DNA of 64,000 nt from an uncultured Actinomycetes bacterium (GCA_963823245.1 CAWGKQ010000012.1:61233-125232), one strand, 5' to 3'; positions 18,663-28,305 are shown, numbered from the stretch's first letter. Translations and numbers: made by a program. Notes: generated by a model not told the origin, from the letters alone.

Positions 18663-19913
18663 ACCTGCTCCTCGTCGCCTACTTCTACCCGCCGTGCCGC
18701 GACACGGGCGCGGCACGTCCGGCTGCCATGGCGCGGAACCTCGAGCGGCTGGGGCACCGCGTCACGGTGCTGACGACGCGGGCGTACGGCGAGCTTCCGG
18801 ACGACGCCGAGAGGCACGTCGTCCGCACCTCCGACCTCCAGCTCGCGCGGGCGCGGCTTCGCGGCGAGCGCGAGATCGGCTCGCTCTATGACGCGGACAC
18901 CTACTCCGGGCGCCCGCACCCGCTCGCGAGGGTGCTCGTCCCTGAGCCGCTCGTCTTGGCGTGGGCGCCGTTCGCCCGGCGGCGAGCCCTCGAAGCTGGC
19001 CTCTTCCGAGCGCTTCGACGCGGTCATCACGACATCGCCCCCGGAGTCGGCTCACCTCGTCGGCCGCGCCCTCAAGCGGCGGAACGGGGTCCCCTGGGTG
19101 GCCGAGCTTCGCGACGCGTGGACGTTCGAGTCGCTGCGGCCGCCGTTCCCGACGGGCGCGCAGCAGCGGCTCGACGAACGCCTCGAGCGGAGCTGTCTGT
19201 CGGGCGCGGACGCCGTGGTCTGCGTATCCGAAGCGGCGGCCGCCGACCTGAGGCGACGCGGCGTCGCCGAGCCTCTCGTGATCCCGAACGGCTGGGACCC
19301 CGAGCAGGTGGCCGCGGCGGCGCCGAGCTCCGGCATCGCGCTCGACGACCGGATGTCGCTCGTCTACACCGGACGTTTCGGGCGGGGTCGTGACCCGCGC
19401 GCCCTCGTCGCGGCGATCGGGGCCCTTGCGCGCGATGACCCTGAGTCGGCAGCGGGGCTCGAGCTCGTCGTCGCGGGCCCGCTCACAGACGACGAGCGCG
19501 ACCTGCTTCGGAGCGACGTCTCTCCCGCGCGCATCACGCTTGCCGGCAGCCTCCCGCGCGATCGCGCCGTGGCGCTGCAGCGGGAGGCCGACGCCCTGCT
19601 CCTGATCGCGCATCCGGAGCGATCCCAGCTCCTCAACTACAAGCTCTTCGAGTACCTGGCGGCGGAGCGGCCGATCCTGGCGCTTGCGGAGGGGACGGAG
19701 GCCGGTCGGGTGGCCGGGGAGGTCGGGGCGCTGGTCGCGCCCGCCGGCGATGCCTCGGCCATCGAGGCGGCACTCGGCCGTTTGGTCGGCGAGGGGGTGC
19801 GTGCTCCGTCCGCGGATGCGGCCGCCCGATACGCCTACCCGGCTCCCGCCGCGAGGCTCGCGGCCGCGATCGAGGCCGTTACTCCACGTCCGCCTGCTTC
19901 CCCTCCGGCATGA
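18659..19913 (+). pseudogene. Second glycosyltransferase (GT4-like), frameshifted near 18995
   Basis: GTG overlaps the upstream stop as GTGA. The N-terminal part VNLLLVAYFYPPCRDTGAARP...WAPFARRRALE is in one frame. FDAVITTSPPESAHLVG...LLLIAHPERSQLLNYKLFEYLAAERPILAL is in ORF 18888..19913. Confidence 0.65.
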
Positions 19914-20533
19914 AGAGGCGGGCGAGGATGAACGCGGCCGCCATCAGCGCCGCGCCGACGTAGAACGCCGTCTGAAGCGCGTCGGCGAAGCCCGACGCGA
20001 CGGCGTGAGCCTCCGCTTGACCCGGCCCCGCGCCCGAGCCGGTGATGCTCGGCGCGTTCTCGAGCACGATCGTGCCGAGGATCGCCATCCCGAGCGCGGA
20101 CCCGAAGTTCCGGAACGACTGGATCACGCCCGAGGCGACGCCCCGGCTCTCGGCCGGCGCCCGGTCGAGGGCGTCGGTGTTGAGGGCGGACATCGCGAAA
20201 CCGAACCCGGCACCCGTTACGAGCATCCCCGCCACGGTGGCATTGTCGGTGAGGGTCGTGAGCTCGTTGCCCCAGAGATAGAGGCCGACGGCGAGTGCGG
20301 CGAATCCCAGGCAGACCGGGTGCTTGGGCCCGAGCCGGTCGAGCATGCCGCCGCCGATCCGCGAGGCGACGAAGAACGAATAGAACATCGTGGATCGTCG
20401 TCGCGGAGATGCTGACGATCGTGAAGTCGATCATCACCATCGCCATGGCCGGCACGAGCGGCCACATCACGCGATAGCGCTGGTACTGCCCCCCTCCTGC
20501 CGTCGCTACTCCAGTGCCGCTAGCCGCTTCCAT
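19879..20533 (-). pseudogene. MFS (DHA2-like) transporter remnant
   Basis: A TM1 motif (MIDFTIVSISATTIHD, frame of ORF 19835..20533) abuts a C-terminal type segment in another frame (GMLDRLGPK...RGVASGVIQSFRNFGSALGMAILG...ARLFMPEG) near 20390. The total is about 215 aa against about 480 expected. Confidence 0.55.
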
Positions 20534-20642
20534 CTACCCTCCAATGCGCGCCGACGGGCGGGAACCTATCGAGCGCTGCGGCTATTCAGGCGGAAGGCCC
20601 GCGCTCCGCAGCGCCACCCGCCTCCACTTATCCTTGACGTTG

Positions 20643-22280
20643 ATGGCAACGCGGCCCGCGGAGACCGACGAAGACCGTTTCATCGCGCCGATGGTCGGCC
20701 CCGACGACGAGCGCCGCTTCACCGACTCGGGGATCGAGGTCGAGCGCCTCTACGAGGAGGGCGACGTCGCGCCGGGCCTCGAGGAGCGGCTCGGCGAGCC
20801 CGGTGAGTATCCGTTCACCCGCGGAATCCACCCCGGCATGTACCGCGACCGCCTCTGGACGATGCGGCAGTACGCCGGCTTCGCGAGCCCCGAGGACACC
20901 AACAACCGCTACCGCTACCTGATCGAGCACGGCTCGACGGGCCTCTCGATGGCCTTCGACCTGCCGACCCAGCTCGGCCGTGACTCCGACGATCCGCTCT
21001 GCCGGGGCGAGGTGGGCCGCACCGGCGTCCCCATCGACACGATCGAGGACATGCGGATCTGCTTCGACCAGATCCCGCTCGACGAAGTCTCGACCTCGAT
21101 GACGATCAACGCTCCCGCCGCGATCCTGCTGCTCCTCTACGAGCTCGTCGGCGAGGAGCATGGAGTTGACTCGGAGAAGCTTCGTGGGACCGTCCAGAAC
21201 GACGTGCTGAAGGAGTACGTCGCGCGCGGGAACTACATCTACCCGCCCGAGGCGACCATGCGCCTCACCACCGACATCTTCGAGTACTGCCACCAGCGGG
21301 TGCCGAAGTGGAACACGATCTCGATCTCCGGCTACCACATCCGCGAGAAGGGCTGCTCGGCGGTGCAGGAGGTCGCGTTCACGCTTTCGAACGCGATCGC
21401 CTACGTGGAGGCGGCGCTCGAGCGAGGCCTCGACATCGACGAGTTCGCCCCCCGGCTCGCCTTCTTCTTCAACTGCCACAACAACGTCTTCCAGGAGGTC
21501 GCCAAGTTCCGCGCCGTGCGGAGGATGTGGGCGGAGATCGTGCGCGACCGCTTCGGGTCGACCGAGGCGCGCTCGCAAACGATCCGCTTCCACACCCAGA
21601 CCGGCGGCGTGACGCTCCAGGCGCAGCAGCCCGAGGTGAACATCATCAGGGTGGCCCTGCAGGGCTTCGCAGCGGTCTGCGGCGGGACGCAGTCGCTGCA
21701 CACCAACGGCTTCGACGAGGCGCTCGCGCTTCCGACAGAGCGGTCGGCGCGGATCGCGCTCCGCACCCAGCAGGTCCTCGCGCACGAGTCGGGCGTGGCC
21801 GACACGGTCGACCCGCTGGCCGGCTCGTACTTCATCGAGTCGCTCACCGACGAAATCGAGCTTCGCGCGGGCGAGCTGATGGCGAAGGTGGAGGAGCTGG
21901 GGGGCTCGGTCAACGCGCTCGAGTTCATCCAGCGCGAGATCGAGGAGTCCGCCGCCTCCTACCACGAGCGCTACCGAACCGGCCAGGACGTCGTGGTGGG
22001 CGTCAACAAGTACGTGACCGATACGGTCGACGACGTCGACATCCTCAAGGTCGATCCCGAGTCCGAGCGGCGCCAGCTCGAGCGGCTGGCCGCCTTCAAG
22101 GCCAACCGCGACTCGGAGGCGGTCGGGCGCCGACTGGCGGAGCTTCGGGACGTTGCCGCGGGCGAGGGGAACCTGCTGCACCCGATCAGGGCCGCGCTCG
22201 CCGACCACGCCTCGATCGGCGAGGTTTGCGGGGCAATGCGCGAGGTGTTCGGCGAATACCAGGGCGGCGCCTTCTTCTGA
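20643..22280 (+). CDS. Methylmalonyl-CoA mutase-family large (substrate-binding) subunit, no B12-binding domain
   Basis: Motifs present: [32 protein letters not shown]-type Tyr (GMYRDRLW) and Arg ([11 protein letters not shown]) are present. It ends before any DxHxxG domain. ATG at 20643. Confidence 0.85.
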   Translation: MATRPAETDEDRFIAPMVGPDDERRFTDSGIEVERLYEEGDVAPGLEERLGEPGEYPFTRGIHPGMYRDRLWTMRQYAGFASPEDTNNRYRYLIEHGSTGLSMAFDLPTQLGRDSDDPLCRGEVGRTGVPIDTIEDMRICFDQIPLDEVSTSMTINAPAAILLLLYELVGEEHGVDSEKLRGTVQNDVLKEYVARGNYIYPPEATMRLTTDIFEYCHQRVPKWNTISISGYHIREKGCSAVQEVAFTLSNAIAYVEAALERGLDIDEFAPRLAFFFNCHNNVFQEVAKFRAVRRMWAEIVRDRFGSTEARSQTIRFHTQTGGVTLQAQQPEVNIIRVALQGFAAVCGGTQSLHTNGFDEALALPTERSARIALRTQQVLAHESGVADTVDPLAGSYFIESLTDEIELRAGELMAKVEELGGSVNALEFIQREIEESAASYHERYRTGQDVVVGVNKYVTDTVDDVDILKVDPESERRQLERLAAFKANRDSEAVGRRLAELRDVAAGEGNLLHPIRAALADHASIGEVCGAMREVFGEYQGGAFF

Positions 22281-22340
22281 GCCGCTGCAATCAGGTGATC
22301 GGCGGCAGGAGTCCGCGCGCGGTGGCCGAAGCCCCGCCCG

Positions 22341-22688
22341 ATGGAGACCAAGGCGAAGCGCACGCTCGTCAAGTCGCCGCCGGAGCTCTGGGAGCTCGCC
22401 GACGACATCGCCCGCATGGAAGCGTGGATGGCGGGCCTGGTGGGAGCCGGCGCCCCGGTGGAGATCGAGGTCACCGATCGCGATCCCGAGCGCGTGATCG
22501 CCTGGCGGGCGAACGGCGCCAGCGAGGCTCACGCGCGGATCGCCATCGAGCTGGCCGAGGGCGGCGGCTTCGGCACCGCTGTCGAGGTGACTGCACAGCA
22601 CTCACGCCCCGACCTCGCGACCTCGGTGCTGGAGCGCGTCCTCGATGAGCTCGGCGGGGCCGAGCGGCGACCCTTCGGCGCCGGCTGA
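22341..22688 (+). CDS. Hypothetical protein, possibly SRPBCC-like
   Basis: 115-aa ORF. The N-terminal T.LVKSPPELWELADD pattern is reminiscent of SRPBCC proteins. Weak call. Confidence 0.45.
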   Translation: METKAKRTLVKSPPELWELADDIARMEAWMAGLVGAGAPVEIEVTDRDPERVIAWRANGASEAHARIAIELAEGGGFGTAVEVTAQHSRPDLATSVLERVLDELGGAERRPFGAG

Positions 22689-23293
22689 CGCCGCGCCCGC
22701 GCCGTCCTCTCTCCCGGCCCTGGTGAGCCTTCGCGGCCGGCCGCTTCTAGAGGGCCTCGAGCGCCACGTCCCGGGCTCGATCGATCACGCGAACGCGACC
22801 GCGGCCTACTCGCTCGCCGCAGCGGCGGAGCTCGGCTTCGCGCGCCCCCGCGCCGAGCTCGTCCGCGAGGTGGCAAAGCTCCACGAGATCGGGAAGGTCT
22901 ACCTTCCGGCCGAGCTCCTCGCGAAGCCCATCTCCGAGCTGACCTTGGCCGAGCGCGCAGGGCTCGACCGCCACCACATCGCCGGCGCGCAGCTCGCCGC
23001 CGGCGCCGGAATCCCGGCGGAGGCCTGCGAGTGGATCCGCACCTGCGGCGAGCGGTTCGACGGCCACGGCCCGTTGCGCCTCGCCGGCGACGCGATCCCG
23101 GCCGAGGCGCGGGTGATCCACGCCGCGTGCGTATGCGAAGGACTGCTGATCGCGCCCGCCGACCCCGCCTCGCCGGCGGCGAACGCCGATCCTCGCCTCC
23201 GGGCGGCGGCGGGCCTACGCGCGATCCGCCGGGACCGACCTGGACCCGGCGATCGCGGAGGCCCTCGCCGTCGCGATCTCTACGGCTTCTTGA
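22645..23293 (+). pseudogene. Degenerate HD-GYP-like domain protein, frameshifted near 23230 (start uncertain, GTG 22723 possible)
   Basis: KLHEIGKVYLP replaces the usual LHDIGK. CGERFDGHGPLRLAGDAIPAEARVIHAACVCEGL sits in place of HHERxDGxGYPxGL...IPxxARI. The canonical tail [21 protein letters not shown]-stop (23291-23293) lies in the +1 frame. Confidence 0.55.
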
Positions 23294-23693
23294 AGCCGAC
23301 CACCTTCAGCGCCACGTTCTGCGTTCGCGCTCTGGTGATGGGCCCTGAGCGTCTGGCGCGCGTGGAGGCGACGATTGTGCGCCACCAGGTTCTGCGCCCA
23401 GCCGTTGTCGTCGGCCGCACTCGTAGCGAGATCGTCTTCAGCCCGTGCCCGCGCCGGCGGACCGTCTTCGCCAGCGTCGGATGCGTTCCGCTGAACCCAA
23501 GCATGTAGCTGACCAGATGGATCAGGCACGTGTGGGTGTTCAGCGACTTCGGGCACTTCGACTTGACGATCAGCCGATGCCACGTGAGGTGGATCGCCGA
23601 GATCCAGCCAAACGTCGCGGCGGAGTCGGTGACGGTCACCGGCGGCAATGACAGCGGCGCCACCCGCTCGCTTACCGCGATCGCGATATGCAT
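23280..23693 (-). CDS. Orphan hypothetical ORF of atypical composition (possibly itself frameshifted)
   Basis: High GC3 over about the first 95 codons despite locally lower GC. It is rich in K/S/H/C/I, unlike the GC-artefact ORFs. GC3 suggests a switch to another frame around 23400-23320 and back at the end ([13 protein letters not shown]-stop). No domain recognised. Confidence 0.4.
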   Translation of the reverse strand: MHIAIAVSERVAPLSLPPVTVTDSAATFGWISAIHLTWHRLIVKSKCPKSLNTHTCLIHLVSYMLGFSGTHPTLAKTVRRRGHGLKTISLRVRPTTTAGRRTWWRTIVASTRARRSGPITRARTQNVALKVVGFKKP

Positions 23694-23736
23694 GCAGGCC
23701 TAGGAGCCGGGAGCTAACGCGCACGCGGGGCGCCCA

Positions 23737-23742
23737 TAGAAT
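23737..23742 (+). promoter_or_regulatory. Candidate -10 element (TAGAAT) for pccB
   Basis: A TANNNT hexamer 10 nt upstream of the proposed GTG start at 23753, in a 59-bp divergent intergenic region. Confidence 0.25.
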
Positions 23743-23752
23743 CTGGGGCCTC

Positions 23753-25321
23753 GTGCGCGAGAGCTTCCCCCAGACCCACGAGGAGAAGCTCGCCCAGCTT
23801 CGCGAGCTGCGCGAGCAGGCGATCCACTCCGCCTCGGAGGAGGCGGTGGAGAAGCAGCACGCCAAGGGCAAGCTGACCGCCCGCGAGCGGATCGAGAAGC
23901 TGCTGGACCCGGGCTCGTTCGAGGAGCTCGACACCTTCGTCCGCCACCGCACCTACGAGTTCGAGATGCAGAAGCGGCGACCCTATGGCGACGCGGTGGT
24001 GACCGGCTGGGGCACGGTCGACGGCCGGCCGGTCGCGGTCTTCTCGCAGGACTTCACGGTCTTCGGCGGCTCGCTGGGCGAGGTCATGGCCGAGAAGATG
24101 TGCAAGATCATGGACCTCGCCGCGAAGATCGGCGCGCCCGTGGTCGGCATCAACGACTCCGGCGGGGCTCGGATCCAGGAGGGGGTCGTCTCGCTCGGCG
24201 CCTACGGCGACGTCTTCGTCCGCAACGTCCAGTGCTCCGGGGTGATCCCGCAGATCAGCCTGATCATGGGCCCGTGCGCGGGCGGCGCGGTCTACTCGCC
24301 CGCCATGACCGACTTCATCTTCATGGTCAAGGAGACCTCGCACATGTTCATCACGGGCCCCGAGGTGATCAAGACCGTGACCGGCGAGGAGGTGGAGTTC
24401 GAGGAGCTCGGCGGCGCGATGTCGCACAACTCGAAGTCGGGAGTGGCGCATTTCGCGGCCGAAGACGAGGAGTCATGCCTCGAGGACGCCCGCTACCTGC
24501 TCTCGTTCCTGCCGTCGAACAACCTCGAGCTGCCGCCGCGGGTCGAGCCCTACGACGACCCCGACCGCGAGGAGGCCGACCTCGCGACGATCGTGCCGGA
24601 AGATCCCCAGAAGCCCTACGACATGCGCGACGTCGTCTCGCTGATCGTCGACGACGGCGAGTTCTTCGAGGTCCACGAGCACTTCGCTCAGAACATCATC
24701 TGCGGGTTCTCGCGCCTCGACGGCTATCCGATCGGCATCGTCGGCAACCAGCCGAAGCACCTGGCCGGGGTGCTCGACATCAACTCGTCCGAGAAGGCGG
24801 CCCGCTTCGTTCGCACCTGCGACGCGTTCAACATCCCGCTCCTCACCTTCACGGACGTCCCGGGCTTCCTGCCGGGCACCTCGCAGGAGTGGGGCGGCAT
24901 CATCCGCCACGGAGCGAAGCTGCTCTACGCGTTCACCGAGGCGACCGTGCCGAAGCTCACCGTCGTGACGCGGAAGGCGTACGGCGGCGCCTACGACGTC
25001 ATGAACTCCAAGCACATGCTCGCCGACTTCAACTTCGCCTGGCCGAGCGCCGAGGTCGCCGTGATGGGGCCGGAGGGCGCGGTGAACATCATCTACCGCC
25101 GCGACATCCAGACCTCCCCCACGCCCGACGAGCGCCGCTCGAAGCTGATCGAGGACTACAAGGCCCACTTCGCCAACCCCTACTCGGCCGCCGAGCGCGG
25201 CTACATCGACGACGTCATCGAGCCGCAGCAGACCCGCCCGCGGCTCATCCGCGCGCTGCGGATGCTGCAGACCAAGCGCGTCGAGCAGCCGAAGCGCAAG
25301 CACGGAAACATCCCGCTCTAG
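23753..25321 (+). CDS. pccB: Acyl-CoA carboxylase carboxyltransferase (beta) subunit, propionyl-CoA carboxylase type
   Basis: [46 protein letters not shown]. Full two-domain carboxyltransferase. GTG at 23753 is chosen because the listed ORF's N-terminal extension is junk. Confidence 0.9.
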   Translation: MRESFPQTHEEKLAQLRELREQAIHSASEEAVEKQHAKGKLTARERIEKLLDPGSFEELDTFVRHRTYEFEMQKRRPYGDAVVTGWGTVDGRPVAVFSQDFTVFGGSLGEVMAEKMCKIMDLAAKIGAPVVGINDSGGARIQEGVVSLGAYGDVFVRNVQCSGVIPQISLIMGPCAGGAVYSPAMTDFIFMVKETSHMFITGPEVIKTVTGEEVEFEELGGAMSHNSKSGVAHFAAEDEESCLEDARYLLSFLPSNNLELPPRVEPYDDPDREEADLATIVPEDPQKPYDMRDVVSLIVDDGEFFEVHEHFAQNIICGFSRLDGYPIGIVGNQPKHLAGVLDINSSEKAARFVRTCDAFNIPLLTFTDVPGFLPGTSQEWGGIIRHGAKLLYAFTEATVPKLTVVTRKAYGGAYDVMNSKHMLADFNFAWPSAEVAVMGPEGAVNIIYRRDIQTSPTPDERRSKLIEDYKAHFANPYSAAERGYIDDVIEPQQTRPRLIRALRMLQTKRVEQPKRKHGNIPL

Positions 25322-25352
25322 GGGAGCGGCGGGGTGCGCCAAATCGGCGTTT

Positions 25353-25388
25353 GGGGATTCATCCGTGTCATGGCGCGGATAAATCCCC
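25353..25388 (+). terminator. Strong stem-loop 30 nt downstream of pccB
   Basis: GGGGATTcATCCG-(10 nt)-CGGATaAATCCCC gives 12 bp with one mismatch. There is no U-tract. It lies between convergent genes. Confidence 0.35.
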
Positions 25389-25473
25389 AGCGGGTCGCCC
25401 GAGGCGCCGTTCGGGCGCTGGCCGGCCTCACCGGTTCGCGCCTTACACACGCGCAGGTGCGCTATGAGCCGCT

Positions 25474-26619
25474 CTACGTCGAGGCGACGCTGCGGCGCGT
25501 GGCGCTTCGCCTCGCCGCGTAGCTCCGCTCCAACGCCAGGCTGGCGGCGAGGATCACCACCAGGCCGCCCAGCTCGGCGATCGCGCTCAGGTCGCTGCCG
25601 AGCGGGACCGTGGCGGCGGCGAGCGCGGCGGCGCCGAGCCGCCACCCGCTCGCGCCGATCCTCAGCGTCCGCCGGAAGAGCGCGTCGCCGAGGAGGAAGA
25701 GCGCGGCCCCGCCCCCGAGCGCGAGCGAGTGGGCGGTCGACAGGGAGTCGGCCGGGTGGGCGATCGCGAGCTCGAGCGCCGACGCCATCGCCACGATGCC
25801 GAGCAGCATCAGCAGGTGCCAGTGATAGAAGCCGAAGAGGGCAAGGCGCGGCCGCTCGCGATCCGACGCGTCGCGCATCGCCTCGAGCGCCCGCTCATCC
25901 TCGCCCTCGCCGAAGTAGGCCCACCACAGGCAGGCTGTGAGGCAGAGGCCGAGGATCGCGACGGCAACGACCCCGAGCGTCAGCTCATGCCCCGACGCGC
26001 CGATGCCAACCGCCACCACGGATTCGCCGAGCGCGACGATCACCACGAGCCCGTGGCGCTCGACGAAGTGACCCGGCGAGATCTGGAAGCGCGGGTCGGG
26101 CGGGCGCAGCGACGGCAGGAGGATCACCGCGACGGCGAGCCCCCAGCACACCCCGGCGACGGCGCCGCCCGGATATCCCGGCACGGTCAGCAGCAGCGCC
26201 GCGGCCAGGTTGAGCGGGGCGACCTTGAAGATGGCGACCGCCGATTCGCCGCGGCTGCTGCGCGTGAAGAGGCCGGCGTGCACGAGGACGATGACGACAT
26301 AGGCGAGCCCGAACGCGAGGCCTCCGCCGTCGAACGCAGTGGGGATCGCGAGCGAGAGCACGAGGAACGACGCCATGCCCCCCAGCAGCAGCGTCTGGTA
26401 CGCGAAGCGGTCGGGCGCCAGGACATTGGTCAGCCACGCGTAGCCGCCGTACATCCACCAGATCACGACGAGCATCAGGACGACGTGGAGGAGGCCCGTC
26501 CAGGTCGGGTGGTTCGCGAGCACGGCGGTGAGCTGCGTGATCGTGAAGACGAAGACGAGGTCGAAGAAGAGCTCGAGGGTCGAGACGCGAACCTCGGCCT
26601 GTTCGGCGGCCGCGCTCAC
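25474..26619 (-). CDS. LtrA (low temperature requirement A) family membrane protein
   Basis: 381 aa. N-terminal VSTLELFFDLVFVFTITQLT signature and about 10 helices. Confidence 0.8.
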   Translation of the reverse strand: MSAAAEQAEVRVSTLELFFDLVFVFTITQLTAVLANHPTWTGLLHVVLMLVVIWWMYGGYAWLTNVLAPDRFAYQTLLLGGMASFLVLSLAIPTAFDGGGLAFGLAYVVIVLVHAGLFTRSSRGESAVAIFKVAPLNLAAALLLTVPGYPGGAVAGVCWGLAVAVILLPSLRPPDPRFQISPGHFVERHGLVVIVALGESVVAVGIGASGHELTLGVVAVAILGLCLTACLWWAYFGEGEDERALEAMRDASDRERPRLALFGFYHWHLLMLLGIVAMASALELAIAHPADSLSTAHSLALGGGAALFLLGDALFRRTLRIGASGWRLGAAALAAATVPLGSDLSAIAELGGLVVILAASLALERSYAARRSATRRSVAST

Positions 26620-26622
26620 GGC

Positions 26623-27569
26623 TCAGAGCGCGACCGTCGCAGTCGGCTCGACCGTGCCGGCCCGCCACGCCTCGACCACCGCGACCGCGATGCCGAGGTC
26701 CTGGATCGCCAGGCCCGTCGAATCGAAGAGGGTGATGTCGCCGTCGCCGGTTCGTCCCGGCGGCCCGGCCCGTGAGCACGGCCCCGAGCTCGGTCACCTC
26801 CTCGCTGCATATCCGTCCCGCCGCGACCGCCGCGGACAGCTCGCCCCCCGCCGCCGCCTGCTCCCAGTCATCGCAGTAGAGCCCGGCAGCGCTCGAGCGC
26901 ATCGAGCTCGACCTCGGACTTGCCGGCGGCGTCGGCCCCGAGCGCGGCGAAATGCTGGCCCTCGCGAAGGTCCGAGGCGAGGATCACCGGCTCCGAGCCG
27001 GGCGTCACGGAGACGACGACGTCCTGCGCCGCCGCCTCCCGCGCTGACCCGGTCCGCCAATCCAGGTCGGACGCCACCCCGTCCGCCGCCTCCGTGCGCG
27101 GATCGAAGCAGACCCCTGGGCCATAGCCGGCCGCGGCGAGGCAGCGCGCGGCCCACGCCCCGTTCACGCCGCAGCCGATGACGCCGACCGTCGAGCGCTC
27201 CCTCGGCGGCGAGCGCCCGCGCCGAGACCGCGGCCGCCGCGCCGGTGCGCAGCGACGTGACGGTCGCGCAATCGAGGATCGCCACAGCTCGCCGGTCTCG
27301 GCGTCGAGACGAGCAGCGCTCCGGCGACGCCGGAAGCCCGCGCTCGACGTTGCGGGGAACGACGTCACCCACTTGAGGACCGCGAGCCCCGCCCCGCGGC
27401 GGGCATCGCCCTGAAGTCACCGTGCGGGGGCGCGTCGACGTAGACCTTCGCCGGCATCACCCACTCGCCGCGCTCGTGACGGACGAAGGCCTCCCGCGTG
27501 CGATCGATGGCGTCGGCGGGCGGACCGCCTCGAGGACGGCCTCTCGATCGAATACCGCTGCCGGGGCAC
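26623..27569 (-). pseudogene. Ornithine cyclodeaminase / mu-crystallin family gene, heavily frameshifted (about 10 indels)
   Basis: Conserved segments alternate among all three frames. In order they are AVFDREAVLEAVRP; ADAIDRTREAFVRHERGEWVMPAKVYV..DFRAMPAAG; LAVLKWVT; VPRNVERGLPA; VAGALLV; LDAETGELW; AILDCATVTSLRTGAAAAVSARALAAEGA; STVGVIGCGVNGAW...GADAAGKSEVELDALER; AGLYCDDWEQAAAGGEL..VLTGRAAG; RTGDGDITLFDSTGLAIQDLGIAVAVVEAW. Confidence 0.75.
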
Positions 27570-27717
27570 GGAAAGTGGACCTTAGCCTGCGAGGCCTTGC
27601 AGGTCTTGTGCTTCACGGTCGTCTTCGGGAAGTCGGCCGCGAAGGTCCCCCGCCCGCCGCGAACGTTGCTGCGTGCCCAGTTGCCGTTTCTATCGGTCGC
27701 GATGCCGCCGAGCCGGC

Positions 27718-27954
27718 TCACGACTCCGTCGAATCGCTCTTGAAGAGCAGTTGGCCATCGTCGCGATTCTTGATGCAGCCCTTGACGTCGGAGGTGATCT
27801 GCCCCGAGAAGCTGATCAGCTGCCCGCGCACGTCATCGATCTGGATCACCCCGTGGACGGCGATCTTGTTCGCCTTCCATCGAAACGGCGGCCCACCCCA
27901 AGGCCCGACGCTGATGAGAGCGGCGCACAGGGCACCCTTCCGTAGGAATCGCAT
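27718..27954 (-). CDS. Small secreted hypothetical protein, probably continuing past its TGA in ORF 27365..27721
   Basis: Signal-like N-terminus MRFLRKGALCAALISVG. GC is locally lower. The downstream frame reads SRLGGIATDRNGNWARSNVRGGRGTFAADFPKTTVKHKTCK, which looks like the same beta-rich protein. The 3' end is undefined. Confidence 0.4.
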   Translation of the reverse strand: MRFLRKGALCAALISVGPWGGPPFRWKANKIAVHGVIQIDDVRGQLISFSGQITSDVKGCIKNRDDGQLLFKSDSTES

Positions 27955-28036
27955 CTTCGAACCTCCCTAGTCGAGACGCCCCGACCCTAAACGCGGCGTG
28001 GCAGCGTGTCAACCCGCGCGCCGGTACGCTCGCCGC

Positions 28037-28256
28037 ATGCCCGCCAACGGCAAGCGGCGCCCCCCGTCCCGCATCGAGATCTCGGTGCCCGGCCGCGTCG
28101 GCAACCGAGGCGGCCGCGATCGCCGCCGCGCTCGAGCAATTCCTCGCCGACACGGCGCCTGTCGCCGAGCCGGCCCCTCGCCGGAGCGCCTGGCAGGCCG
28201 CCGCCCTTCGCGAGGGCGTCGAGGCGCGCCAGCTCGACCGGGCGCGCGTGGCGTGA
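28037..28256 (+). pseudogene. Possible acyl-CoA carboxylase epsilon-subunit-like small protein, frameshifted near 28094
   Basis: MPANGKRRPPSRIEISVPG is in one frame. ASATEAAAIAAALEQFLADTAPVAEPAPRRSAWQAAALREGVE...stop (28254-28256) is in the next. The pattern resembles ACC-epsilon proteins (I.V..G....EE.AAL.A.L......W....R). Confidence 0.4.
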
Positions 28257-28305
28257 CGCAACCGGATAGAACTGCACCACCAATCCCCTGCACAAGGAGG
28301 AGAGC

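Noticed and set aside
20534-20642. A cobalamin riboswitch upstream of the mutase gene.
   Set aside because: I could not find a B12-box-like core or the multi-stem architecture in the 110-nt leader. A covariance-model scan would be needed to be sure.
23480-23700. An IS5-family transposase fragment, called as a mobile element.
   Set aside because: It rests only on a weak resemblance over about 40 residues. No DDE motif, terminal inverted repeats or target duplication was found. I kept it as a hypothetical ORF with a note.
25334-25522. A 62-aa ORF immediately after pccB, in the position where an epsilon subunit gene would be expected.
   Set aside because: The sequence has no ACC-epsilon-like pattern. 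It spans the strong hairpin at 25353-25388 and overlaps the 3' end of ltrA by 49 nt. The better epsilon candidate is at 28037-28256.
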